Assembly (NCBI GenBank): GCA_050298595.1
Contig: JBNKUM010000101.1
Location: forward strand, 64,001 to 128,000
DNA: 64,000 nucleotides
Reading direction: 5' to 3'
Origin: Gammaproteobacteria bacterium
Lineage (GTDB): Bacteria > Pseudomonadota > Gammaproteobacteria > GCA-001735895
Part shown: piece after piece, positions 53,725 to 62,595 of the stretch
Position numbering within the stretch: position 1 is the first letter of the stretch
Layout: each line of letters begins with the position of its first letter
Program-made: the position numbers and the translations under genes
Notes under the pieces: model-generated
Seen by the model: the letters and a program-made list of their open reading frames with translations, nothing else
What the model was told of the DNA's origin: nothing
Database searches by the model: none

Positions 53725-54270
53725 ATGAATAAATTCTCTCTTACTGCTTTGATGATGCTTCTGCAGTCGTCAATTGCATTCGCAAAGGATTGCAAGATTC
53801 CATATTCTGATAATCCAGATGTTACCTACTCCATAAATCCAGCTGTTATCGATAAGTGGAATCCTGATTTGAGTTATGCAATTAATCCCGATGTCACCTA
53901 TTCAATAAATCCAAATTTCACATATAAGTATAATCCTGACGTAACTTTCACAATTAATCCAGACCAGACTGTCAAACTGAATCCATTTATTAGCAAGTGG
54001 AATGGATATAATGTTTGCACACCAAAAGGAGAGTTTGTTGGTGCTAGCATTATAGCTAATGAAGATGTTATGGTTTTTTATATCGGTACGAACTGGATTG
54101 GCAATTTCATAACCAATAAAAAGAGCGGGTATAATTTTTTCAACCGGAAAAAGGAGTGGGAGGGATTTCTTGTGCCGACAAAATCTGCTGGATTTGCTTT
54201 TTTTAATCGTGAAAACAAATGGCTATTATCATTGACAAAGAAAAAACTATGGGCTCAGACCTCACGATAG
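53725..54270 (+). CDS. secreted protein with eight 8-residue NP repeats
   Basis: Signal peptide ending AFA, then NPDVTYSI-type octapeptides; AGGAAAG RBS. Confidence 0.75.
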   Translation: MNKFSLTALMMLLQSSIAFAKDCKIPYSDNPDVTYSINPAVIDKWNPDLSYAINPDVTYSINPNFTYKYNPDVTFTINPDQTVKLNPFISKWNGYNVCTPKGEFVGASIIANEDVMVFYIGTNWIGNFITNKKSGYNFFNRKKEWEGFLVPTKSAGFAFFNRENKWLLSLTKKKLWAQTSR

Positions 54271-54361
54271 ACACCATATTTTCGATTTGTTGATTTAGTG
54301 AATTTTCCAGAGCCAGGGATAAAAAATGGTCTGATCTCAGGAATTTGTGTCCAGCATCTCT

Positions 54362-54480
54362 CTTGGCAATATGGCGGGCACTATAAATTGGAGCAGGTTA
54401 AGGGGGGGTGTAGCAATGCAACGATAAGTCGGGCCGAATATGCTTATGTAACTCAGATGTAAAATGTTGGGCCTAACTCC
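54362..54480 (+). pseudogene. 3' remnant of a RAYT-like transposase with right end
   Basis: GGCGGGCACTATAAATTGGAGCAGGT...TGTAGCAATGCAACGATAAGTCGGGCCG...ACTCAGATGTAAAATGT aligns with 58330-58440. Confidence 0.75.
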
Positions 54481-54640
54481 GAGGAACTAAAATCATTAAG
54501 ATTATTTTTTTATCCAGGATTTGTAAACCCTGGCTTTGTTCCGGGCCTGACGAGACTATGATCGACGACAATTAATATCCTTACACACCTTCCATTTTTT
54601 GTGGTCCATTAATACATTTCCTTATTGAAATATAGATTTC

Positions 54641-54857
54641 AAATGAATAGCTATGATTTTATTTTGGGTATGGTCGAGATGACTATGAATATCGTACGCT
54701 AAAAAGCTTATATGATTTTATTGTCTACGCGGTTTTGCTAATTGTAAGACAGCTGTATTTCATCTAAATTTAAGCGGTTGATATTATTCTTCGTGGTTGG
54801 AGTGTATATAATGGGGTCAAGTTTCAATTTTGAGGTGTCAAATAATATTCAAACTCC
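54641..54857 (+). repeat. dispersed ~216-bp module, copy B
   Basis: Colinear with copy A from AAATGAATAGCTATG to GGGGTCAA...GTGTCAAAT. Confidence 0.9.
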
Positions 54858-55028
54858 GTGTGACTCTCTTTCGCTACTCAAGGGAGAGATAAGAGAATTT
54901 TATAATAAATATGCTCCCTTTACATATCATGAGTGGGAATAAATAGAGAACAAGATGAAGCATATTAAGAATTTAGCGCAATTTAAGTATTACATTCTTC
55001 GCGCTGGACACATAATCACCTGTAAGGA

Positions 55029-55415
55029 GTGTATGCATTGAAATTATCACTACGCAGCATTGGTTTAGCTTCAGGTTTATTTTCTCTGCCATCGTTTTTT
55101 AATGAACACTATGCATTACCTGGCTACACATGCGATGGAAATAACAATTATATCAAATTCCCATATTTTTTATATGTAAATGGTACTGAAATTTTACAAA
55201 CAGATGATATTGATATTAAGGGCTACGAATTGATCAACCCTTTTAAACTAGATAAAGTTGAAAAAAATCAAAATAAAAACACCAACTTTAATAAAAGAAA
55301 GCTTTATGGCGACGAGAAAGGAGATGTTGAACTAAGCTCTTATCTCTTTGAAGGTGATTGCCACGGTAGTAGTTGTTCATTACAAGGGACCTTACATTCA
55401 ACGCTAACAAGTTGA
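55029..55415 (+). CDS. hypothetical protein, possibly degraded
   Basis: AT-rich ORF with AAGGAG directly before the GTG; no family recognised. Confidence 0.4.
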   Translation: MYALKLSLRSIGLASGLFSLPSFFNEHYALPGYTCDGNNNYIKFPYFLYVNGTEILQTDDIDIKGYELINPFKLDKVEKNQNKNTNFNKRKLYGDEKGDVELSSYLFEGDCHGSSCSLQGTLHSTLTS

Positions 55416-55733
55416 CAAAAAGTGCAATGGTAAAAAAATCACATAGTGAGTTTCTGTATGAGTGATAACGCATCTGAAAAAAACTGCATCGTAACAAATT
55501 TTACTGCGCAATATTTTTCCACTGAGTTGGGTGGTCAAGCAGTAGAAAAATTAAAGTGAACTTTTAAGGGTAATAAATGGATAATAATTCTCTACAAAAT
55601 GTGATCCTACTTGAATATTCTTATTGTTATGCTTAAAAAAGTCGGTTTTGTACAGGTAGAAGCGCATCGTGAATCTTGTTGCTTTTTAGATTTTAATTTT
55701 TCTACACCCTGATTATGTTCACAAAATTGATGT

Positions 55734-56234
55734 ATGGAAATGATAAAGAAAAGTATTGATAGTTACTTATTTCGCGCCAGAAAATCCGGAACGTGTATTA
55801 ATAAGCAAGACCTCGAGTTACTTAATTTCAAACTAAATGGGTTAATTCCAGATTGGTATGCTGAAGCAGTGACACAGCTCCCTATTTCCGGAATTGAAGT
55901 GGGTTGGCTAGCTTTCCCAGAAGAAGTAGATTTTGATGGAATTGAGTGGGTTACTCTTCTAGATGCCAAGTTATTAAGTGAGTGCAATCTAGATAGTTAC
56001 CTGGGGAATTTACTCCGCCCACTGGGTTATTTTTCATTTGGTTACGGCTCATCGTGGTCAGGAAATTGTTTTGTTTTTAAACCAGAAGAAGGTAACGATC
56101 CACCTGTATATGAGGTCTGGCATGACGCTGCACGTAACTCGGACGAAATGTTAAACGCAATCGAAAATAAAAAAGGCGTGAAATTGGTTTCTGAATCATT
56201 CAGTAGTTTCTTTAATGATGCTATTTGTGAATAA
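55734..56234 (+). CDS. SMI1/KNR4 (SUKH)-like immunity protein
   Basis: LNGLIPDWY, FG...GNCFVF, DPPVYEVWHD and VSESFSSFF pattern. Confidence 0.65.
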   Translation: MEMIKKSIDSYLFRARKSGTCINKQDLELLNFKLNGLIPDWYAEAVTQLPISGIEVGWLAFPEEVDFDGIEWVTLLDAKLLSECNLDSYLGNLLRPLGYFSFGYGSSWSGNCFVFKPEEGNDPPVYEVWHDAARNSDEMLNAIENKKGVKLVSESFSSFFNDAICE

Positions 56235-56711
56235 AGAACATTAAAATAAGGGTGTGTCCTGCGCCTGTTGCGACCTATCCTATTGTTGAACAAGCTGTTT
56301 GTGATGGTTGATAGGCGATATAAAGGAAAAATATTTTCGAAACTATGGAGTCAGAATTTACATTATACGTCCCTGGTCGGTAGCAGATAATGAGAGTGAA
56401 AAGCTAATTAAGTGTGTCCGTATGTGAAACCCAATATTTGAATTCCTATTAGATTGTGTTGACTAACTGGGAAGAGCTTTCGTCAGTGTGCTGGCTGCCA
56501 GGGATACTTTCTTCCTTGAACTAAAAATTTCGACTGTTAGACGGACTCTGGTTTTTGAACAGGTTGAGAAGGTCTCTATGAAATTCACCTTTAGTAATAT
56601 TCATACAGGTGATTATTTTTTTGGTTCTTCGTAAAACAGTGTAAAAACCAAGTGAAATATAGACAATACTCCAATCCAGATAATTATATTTGACCTATGG
56701 AAATAGAAGAG

Positions 56712-56772
56712 CATTCCAGCCAGCTTTTAGGCATCAATACGCCCTGGGAGATCAGTCAGGTTGAACTCAATT
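56712..56772 (+). mobile_element. ISL3-like transposase N-terminal remnant
   Basis: Translates as QLLGINTPWEISQVELN; abuts and apparently truncates module copy C. Confidence 0.4.
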
Positions 56773-56774
56773 TC

Positions 56775-56997
56775 ATGGCTATTGTTTTCTTTGGAGTATA
56801 GTGGAGATGACTATGAGTATCGTACGCTAAATAGCTTATATATTTTTTTATCTACGCTGTTTTGCTAATTGTAAGATGGCTGTTAATCATCTAAATTTTA
56901 ACTCTGAATATTATACTTCTTAGTGGTGGTTCAAATAATACGGCAAGTTACTTTTTCGTGATGTCAAATCTAAGTCATGACACTATGACCTGACCCC
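56775..56997 (+). repeat. dispersed ~216-bp module, copy C
   Basis: Same core as copies A and B; ends TGTCAAATCTAAG...GACCTGACCCC. Confidence 0.9.
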
Positions 56998-57150
56998 GTT
57001 AATTTTTCCTCGTTTGAAGTGATAGAAAGAAACAATATATTATGAGATCGCGTATATAAGGCTTCTGTTTCAAATCAGAAGCAATATTACAGCAATATAT
57101 TTTTTGTTTTTAAAAGTTAAGCTTTGGATTAGAAGAGAATAGCAAACCCA

Positions 57151-57474
57151 ATGACACGGATAATAATTAGTCTATTATGTGTATCAATTTTTAGTGGCTG
57201 CACATCCAGTAATGGTAAACCGATCACCGGTAAGGAGTTATATGGATTCTATTGTGCTGGCTGTCATATGGAAAGCGGGGCTGGCCATTTTTTACGGGGT
57301 ATCCCGCCGTTAACTCAAAACAAAATTCTCAATCCAACACCGCTTCAACCTTCTCAGCTCAGGCGTAAGCTCAAAACTAGTCCAAGCCATAATAGGACAA
57401 TACCGCCCTTTGGCAACATCAACGATGAGCAGGAAAGATTGATCTTGCGGTATATACAATCGCTGTCCGAGTGA
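57151..57474 (+). CDS. monoheme cytochrome c lipoprotein
   Basis: Lipobox FSGC, CAGCH heme motif and GIPPL. Confidence 0.8.
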   Translation: MTRIIISLLCVSIFSGCTSSNGKPITGKELYGFYCAGCHMESGAGHFLRGIPPLTQNKILNPTPLQPSQLRRKLKTSPSHNRTIPPFGNINDEQERLILRYIQSLSE

Positions 57475-57505
57475 TATTTTCCCCTGGTTTTTCCTGACTA
57501 ACTCA

Positions 57506-58443
57506 GGGGTCAGGCCTTACATTTGACACCAGGTTTTCGATTTGGTAATTTTCTGAATTTTCCAGGTCAGGGGGCAAGAAAATGGCCAGACCTCTACGAA
57601 TTGAGTTTGCGGGGGCCTTATACCACATCACATCTCACGGCAATGCACAGGGCGAGATTTTCCTGAATAATGCTGATCGGATAAAGTTTCTTGATATATT
57701 AAGTCAAGCTGTTATTCGATATGACTGGTACTGTCATGCCTATTGCCTGATGGATAATCATTATCACCTTCTGATTGAAACCGGCACACCAACACTGTCC
57801 AAAGGAATGAAATATCTCAATGGCTCCTACACGCAGTCTTTTAACCGGCTGCATCAACTCTTTGGGCATGTTTTTCAGGGTCGTTATAAAGCCATACTTG
57901 TTGACAAAGAAAGCTATCTACTGGAATTGTCGCGCTACATCGTCCTTAATCCAGTCAGGGCTCTGATGGTGCGCAGTGCAAAAGAATGGCGCTGGAGTAG
58001 TTATCGAGCAACAGCAGGCCAGACTGAAGCTCATCCCTGTTTAACGATTGACTTGGTATTGTCCCTTTTGGGGAAAAGACGCAGAAAAGCACAGGAGAAC
58101 TATAGGGCTTTTGTTGTAGAAGGCCGCAATCAACCCTCTCCCTGGGAAAGACTTAAGAATCAAATCTATTTAGGTAGTGATCAATTTGTAGAAGATGTGC
58201 AGAGTAAGTTGGATCCAGATCAATCACTCAAGGATATTCCCAGAAAACAGAAACGGGCGGCACAGCGACCACTTAGCGATTACGCCAAGAAGGGTGTTGA
58301 GAGAAATTCAGCGATGGCACAAGCCTACCTTAGCGGGTACTACACATTGGAGCAGGTAGGTGAGTATTTTGGGTGCAGCTATGCAACGGTAAGTCGCGCT
58401 GTAAAAGCTTTTGAGACTCAAATGTGAAATGTAAGGATGACCC
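57506..58443 (+). mobile_element. RAYT-like element bounded by ~22-bp inverted repeats
   Basis: Left GGGGTCAGGCCTTACATTTGACA (57506-57528); right TGTGAAATGTAAGGATGACCC (58423-58443). Confidence 0.8.
57582..58427 (+). CDS. REP-associated tyrosine (Y1 HUH) transposase with C-terminal HTH
   Basis: MARPLRIEFAGALYH, CLMDNHYHLL (HUH), GHVFQGRYKA, YIVLNPVRA, WSSY and YTLEQVGEYFGCSYATVSR. Confidence 0.92.
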   Translation: MARPLRIEFAGALYHITSHGNAQGEIFLNNADRIKFLDILSQAVIRYDWYCHAYCLMDNHYHLLIETGTPTLSKGMKYLNGSYTQSFNRLHQLFGHVFQGRYKAILVDKESYLLELSRYIVLNPVRALMVRSAKEWRWSSYRATAGQTEAHPCLTIDLVLSLLGKRRRKAQENYRAFVVEGRNQPSPWERLKNQIYLGSDQFVEDVQSKLDPDQSLKDIPRKQKRAAQRPLSDYAKKGVERNSAMAQAYLSGYYTLEQVGEYFGCSYATVSRAVKAFETQM

Positions 58444-58871
58444 TGAAGCTCGCAAAAGCCTGTTCTTAGAGTCCATTTGCTCAGCCAGAAAATCAAGGAA
58501 GGGGGCCGCCGGGAAGATGCTGTTCGTTCTTGACCGAATCCTACGGTGACTGATAGGTTTTAGGATAAGGAGCCGATATATCGTCTCAGAACTAAGTTAG
58601 CCACTAATTCTAGAGATTTCCCGACTAAGAAAGTAATTATTTCATGAATTTCACGTTTTTTTCACGAAATGGAATTAGAATAATTTCAGGGATGAGAAAG
58701 AGCCGATCTCTTCGGTTCTTAATAAAAAACCACATTTGTTGAGTATTATGGATAGATGTGCGGCATTATACCTACAAGCATATAATTGTCTTCCCACATC
58801 CCTTATAACTACTTAACAAATATCCAGGATGAATTGACAACAGTTTAGTTACAACCGAAAGGGTGTATTTT

Positions 58872-59150
58872 ATGAGTAGTATTGTATTAGCAGTTATATC
58901 CTTAAGCCTTGCCTTTGTTTTAATGGTCATGTGGATCCGGGCTCGGAGAGCTGCGCTTCGAGCTGAAGTTGTGGCATACGGGTTGCGTGCTCAGGATGAC
59001 AGAGATGAAGATACCAAAACTAATCTGATCAACAGGCATAAAGAATATAATGTGGCTATCAGTAAGCTGGATCAGATGGGACAGATTAAGCGTGATAAGT
59101 GGGGCCATTGGGTCTGGACAGAATCGGGGCAGCAATTGGGCCAGGGATGA
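58872..59150 (+). CDS. small membrane-anchored protein, paralog of 62596-62874
   Basis: 92 aa from ATG 58872; N-terminal TM helix; 53/92 identical to the paralog by manual alignment. Confidence 0.85.
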   Translation: MSSIVLAVISLSLAFVLMVMWIRARRAALRAEVVAYGLRAQDDRDEDTKTNLINRHKEYNVAISKLDQMGQIKRDKWGHWVWTESGQQLGQG

Positions 59151-59314
59151 TGTTTGATTTGGCTATCAAAATGATAGCCCGTTAAACCCACAATAATCAT
59201 TTAAAATATCCAGTCAATTTTGATCTTAAGTACCCGGAGTTTGATTATCTATCAGACGGCCTTTCAGTAATTAAGTAAGAACTCACTCTATAGAAACAAC
59301 TGGGGAATTAATAA

Positions 59315-60025
59315 ATGATTATAGCCAGACAACCAATTGATCTTCACTGCCCTGAAACCGATATCTATCATCGATTGTTATCACTGGATGGCAAACACAT
59401 AGTGGAGCTGGGTTGTGGCAGCGCCGATATTACTCGAGACATTGCTTCTTCAGGTAGTGGTCGAAAAGTATGGGCGTTTGAAGTCGATGAGATAGCTCAT
59501 CACAAAAACTTACAAATCACTGACCTGCCGAATGTGACTTTTGGTCTTGCTGGTGCGCAGGAGATTCCATTGGCTGATGCATCGATGGATGTCGTTTTTA
59601 TGTTTAAATCGATGCACCATGTTCCTTTAGACCTGATGGATCAATCGCTGCTGGAAATACGACGAGTGTTAAAGCCTGGTGGGCTGGCTTATATCTCTGA
59701 ACCTGTCTTTGACGGTGAGTTTAATGAAGTTCTACGTTTATTTCACGATGAGCAAAAAGTCCGTCAAGCGGCTTTTAGTACATTGGAAAGAGCAGTTCAG
59801 GACAATCAGTTTATTCTGCTCGAAGAAGTTTTTTTTACAACCTCGATGAAATTCGCCAATTTTTCTGAGTTTGAAAATAAAGTCATCAAGGCAACTCATT
59901 CAGATCACAAATTAAGCAATGTACTGCACAAGCAAGTTAAACAAGCCTTTGAAAAACATCTTGGTGATGAGGGTGTTCACTTTAAACAGCCTATTCGTGT
60001 GGATCTATTACAGCGGCCGATTTGA
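59315..60025 (+). CDS. class I SAM-dependent methyltransferase
   Basis: VELGCGSA, SMHHVP and RVLKPGG. Confidence 0.9.
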   Translation: MIIARQPIDLHCPETDIYHRLLSLDGKHIVELGCGSADITRDIASSGSGRKVWAFEVDEIAHHKNLQITDLPNVTFGLAGAQEIPLADASMDVVFMFKSMHHVPLDLMDQSLLEIRRVLKPGGLAYISEPVFDGEFNEVLRLFHDEQKVRQAAFSTLERAVQDNQFILLEEVFFTTSMKFANFSEFENKVIKATHSDHKLSNVLHKQVKQAFEKHLGDEGVHFKQPIRVDLLQRPI

Positions 60026-60089
60026 CCCTGTATTGAAGCAAGCGAGACTAGTGTATGGGGCAGCAGGAATATGACCGTTTTTTATGAGT

Positions 60090-60117
60090 TTGAAAATTCA
60101 AAACAGCATGCTATATT
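60090..60117 (+). promoter_or_regulatory. sigma70 promoter of the dapA leader
   Basis: TTGAAA-N16-TATATT with extended -10 TGn. Confidence 0.55.
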
Positions 60118-60155
60118 AAGGTCTCGAATTGAAACTTAACAAGATTACTAAATAA

Positions 60156-60239
60156 ATGTTTACACTTCCCAGCCTGTCTAAACAAAAACGCTGCAAAAAG
60201 GTGATATCCTTTGCGGCTATGGTTGCTGTGTGTAATTAA
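60156..60239 (+). CDS. putative Lys-rich leader peptide (27 aa)
   Basis: MFTLPSLSKQKRCKKVISFAAMVAVCN*; lies between the promoter and the terminator upstream of dapA. Confidence 0.6.
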   Translation: MFTLPSLSKQKRCKKVISFAAMVAVCN

Positions 60240-60256
60240 AAAAAACGATTTAATAC

Positions 60257-60294
60257 AAAAAGCCCGGTCGCAGAAATGCTACCGGGCTTTTTTT
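60257..60294 (+). terminator. attenuator terminator in the dapA 5' leader
   Basis: AAAAAGCCCGGT-c-GCA-gaaa-TGC-t-ACCGGGCTTTTTTT, 27 nt before the dapA ATG. Confidence 0.85.
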
Positions 60295-60321
60295 ATGCCT
60301 ATAGAAAATTCGGAGAAAACT

Positions 60322-61194
60322 ATGTTTTACGGTTCATACGTCGCTTTGGTCACCCCTTTTAGAGCTGGCACCGTCGATGAGAAAGCCCTGCGCTATCTGG
60401 TTAACTGGCAGATTGAGCAGGGTACTAATGGTCTAGTACCTGTTGGTACTACGGGGGAGTCTCCTACGGTTACAGAAATGGAACATAAGCGAATCATCGA
60501 GGTGGTCGTAGAGGAGGCTGCTGGCAGAGTACCTGTCATAGCTGGCGCGGGTTCTAATAATCCAGTGGAAGCGTTGACTTATGCAAAAACGGCTGAAACA
60601 TTGGGCACAGATGGAATTCTCTGTGTGGCGGGTTATTATAATCGTCCTTCGCAAGCTGGGTTGTACGAGCATTTTAAATATCTCCATGATCAGACAGATA
60701 TACCCATTATCATTTACAACATTCCCCCTCGTACCATCGTTGATGTCGAACCAAATACGATGGCTAAACTGGCTGCTTTGCCACGTATAGTTGGTGTCAA
60801 AGACGCCACGATGGATTTATCACGCATCAGCCGCGAGCGATTATTGATTAGCAAGGAGTTCAGTTATCTATCTGGTGAAGATATGACTGCGCTCGCGTAT
60901 AACTCGATGGGAGGCAGTGGTTGTATCTCGGTAACGGCAAATATTGCGCCCGGGCTTTGTGCTGACTTGCATACTGCCTGTCAGAGTGGAGATTATCAGC
61001 GGGCATTAGAGTTACACGAAAAGTTGATGCCATTGCATCAGGCATTATTCGAAGAACCAAGTCCATCGGGTATCAAATATGCGCTATCACTTAGCGGACA
61101 GTGTAGTGATGAAGTACGTTTACCTATACTGCCTTTAGGTCAGCATGCCAGAGATAATATTAAGTCAGCGCTTGAAAATTTATCGCTCATATAA
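60322..61194 (+). CDS. dapA: 4-hydroxy-tetrahydrodipicolinate synthase
   Basis: ALVTPF, GTTGESPT, GYYNRP, IYNIPPRT, GVKDAT, SGED and GCISVTAN. GGAGA RBS before ATG 60322. Confidence 0.88.
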   Translation: MFYGSYVALVTPFRAGTVDEKALRYLVNWQIEQGTNGLVPVGTTGESPTVTEMEHKRIIEVVVEEAAGRVPVIAGAGSNNPVEALTYAKTAETLGTDGILCVAGYYNRPSQAGLYEHFKYLHDQTDIPIIIYNIPPRTIVDVEPNTMAKLAALPRIVGVKDATMDLSRISRERLLISKEFSYLSGEDMTALAYNSMGGSGCISVTANIAPGLCADLHTACQSGDYQRALELHEKLMPLHQALFEEPSPSGIKYALSLSGQCSDEVRLPILPLGQHARDNIKSALENLSLI

Positions 61195-61633
61195 CGAAGT
61201 GAATTGCAGTAAGAGTTTGTGAATTCTGGGTTTGACCACCTGCGTTACTTTTCAAAATCTTACTAACATACCCTGTGGAATCTGACCTGTGGATATCTCA
61301 AAACTTGAAGTATTCGCTGAAGAGTTGATTAGTTGCTTTTAGCCTCAGCATTCGATATGCCAGGGGCAGCTTTGATCTGTATGTGCTTCAGATCCCGCCT
61401 TACTGGGCTTACAGGCTGCTCCGCACTTTGAGTTATATTTCTTGCCAGGCAGGAGTATGTCTAAAAAGTTGCGCATTGATTGCACATCAGCCTGTAAGGC
61501 CATAGATACAACATGATCATAGGATAACTGAACAGAGGCACCCTTGTTATTAGCAACTTCTATTTTACTCTTTGGGTTAACAAGCCTGGTGCCAGGAATC
61601 AACATCTCAGGCACCTATAAATAATATGGCAGG

Positions 61634-62194
61634 TTAATTTTGAGTAGGCCTGTACTGCTCAACATAACCACTGCCAATTGCTGAAAAAGGAAGCTCAAGT
61701 TCTAACTCTGGAACTCTTTTGCCTATCCAGGCTACGAACGTATTACTATTAGGCCCGGGGAATGCATGGTATTCATCTTTCCATGGGTAATCCTGTACCG
61801 CCTGTTCAATTTCATCAATCATTTCATCAACGCCGCTACCATGATGTTCTTTGAGTAAGACAGGTTTCGCTCCATACCAGTACCGGTCTGGTATGTCTAT
61901 TTGTGCTGCAACTACTGGTTGGCCACGATGATTTCTCCAGCCAACAACGTCGTAGACGGTGTATTCTGATTCGCCACTTCGTTTGGCTGCCACCCAGGTG
62001 TGTATGGCAAACCAGCCTCGCCATCCCCAGGCATCTGCACCGTAAATATGTATTACCGCTTCGTTATTAGTCGTCGGATCAGGTGCAATACCTGCTGATT
62101 CTCTGCTGGCAGTGCGCCAATCATTACTCGTTGAGCAACTGGAAATGGTAATTGTCATGACTACAAATAGAAAGTATAAGATAGACTCTTTCAT
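61634..62194 (-). CDS. DUF3750 family lipoprotein
   Basis: Lipobox ISSC, WRTASRESAGIAPDP, WRGWFAIHTW and PGPNSNTF. Confidence 0.8.
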   Translation of the reverse strand: MKESILYFLFVVMTITISSCSTSNDWRTASRESAGIAPDPTTNNEAVIHIYGADAWGWRGWFAIHTWVAAKRSGESEYTVYDVVGWRNHRGQPVVAAQIDIPDRYWYGAKPVLLKEHHGSGVDEMIDEIEQAVQDYPWKDEYHAFPGPNSNTFVAWIGKRVPELELELPFSAIGSGYVEQYRPTQN

Positions 62195-62595
62195 GTTTGA
62201 GGTGAGTTTGTTAATATTATTTTCAGACTGTCATCGAGAAGGAAAGTCCAACAATTTTTAAAATTTAAGTATTTTTTACTTAAAGAGAAAAGTTTTCACT
62301 CGTTAACCATTAAGATCATAATGCAATTATGTTCAGGTAGAGCTCTGACTAAACAACTTGAAAGCATATTTTTATCATTATGTAACAATAAATTTGACTA
62401 AAGCTTTTCTAAATTGTCTGTAGTCAAGAGTAAAACTGGTACGGCGTTTATCCATAAATGTAGTATGTTTCTAAGGATAAAACTTACTTTTTGATGTAAA
62501 TTCACAAAATTAGAATTTCCAATGACGTTTATACACTTAACAAACTTGGTAAATGTATTTACAATGAAAAAATTATTAACATATTAGAAAAAATT

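Noticed and set aside
53812-54003. 24-nt periodic DNA as a possible CRISPR array
   Set aside because: It is an in-frame protein repeat with no repeat-spacer structure; no CRISPR array or cas gene was seen in the window.
55465-55540. attC-like segment suggesting an integron
   Set aside because: It resembles a decayed attC but lacks intact RYYYAAC and GTTRRRY boxes; there is no intI or second site in the window.
60120-60300. Lysine riboswitch upstream of dapA
   Set aside because: No AGAGGNGC start or five-way junction motifs are visible; the leader-peptide model fits better.
61345-61614. 89-aa minus-strand ORF downstream of DUF3750
   Set aside because: No RBS or recognisable motif; at most a gene fragment.
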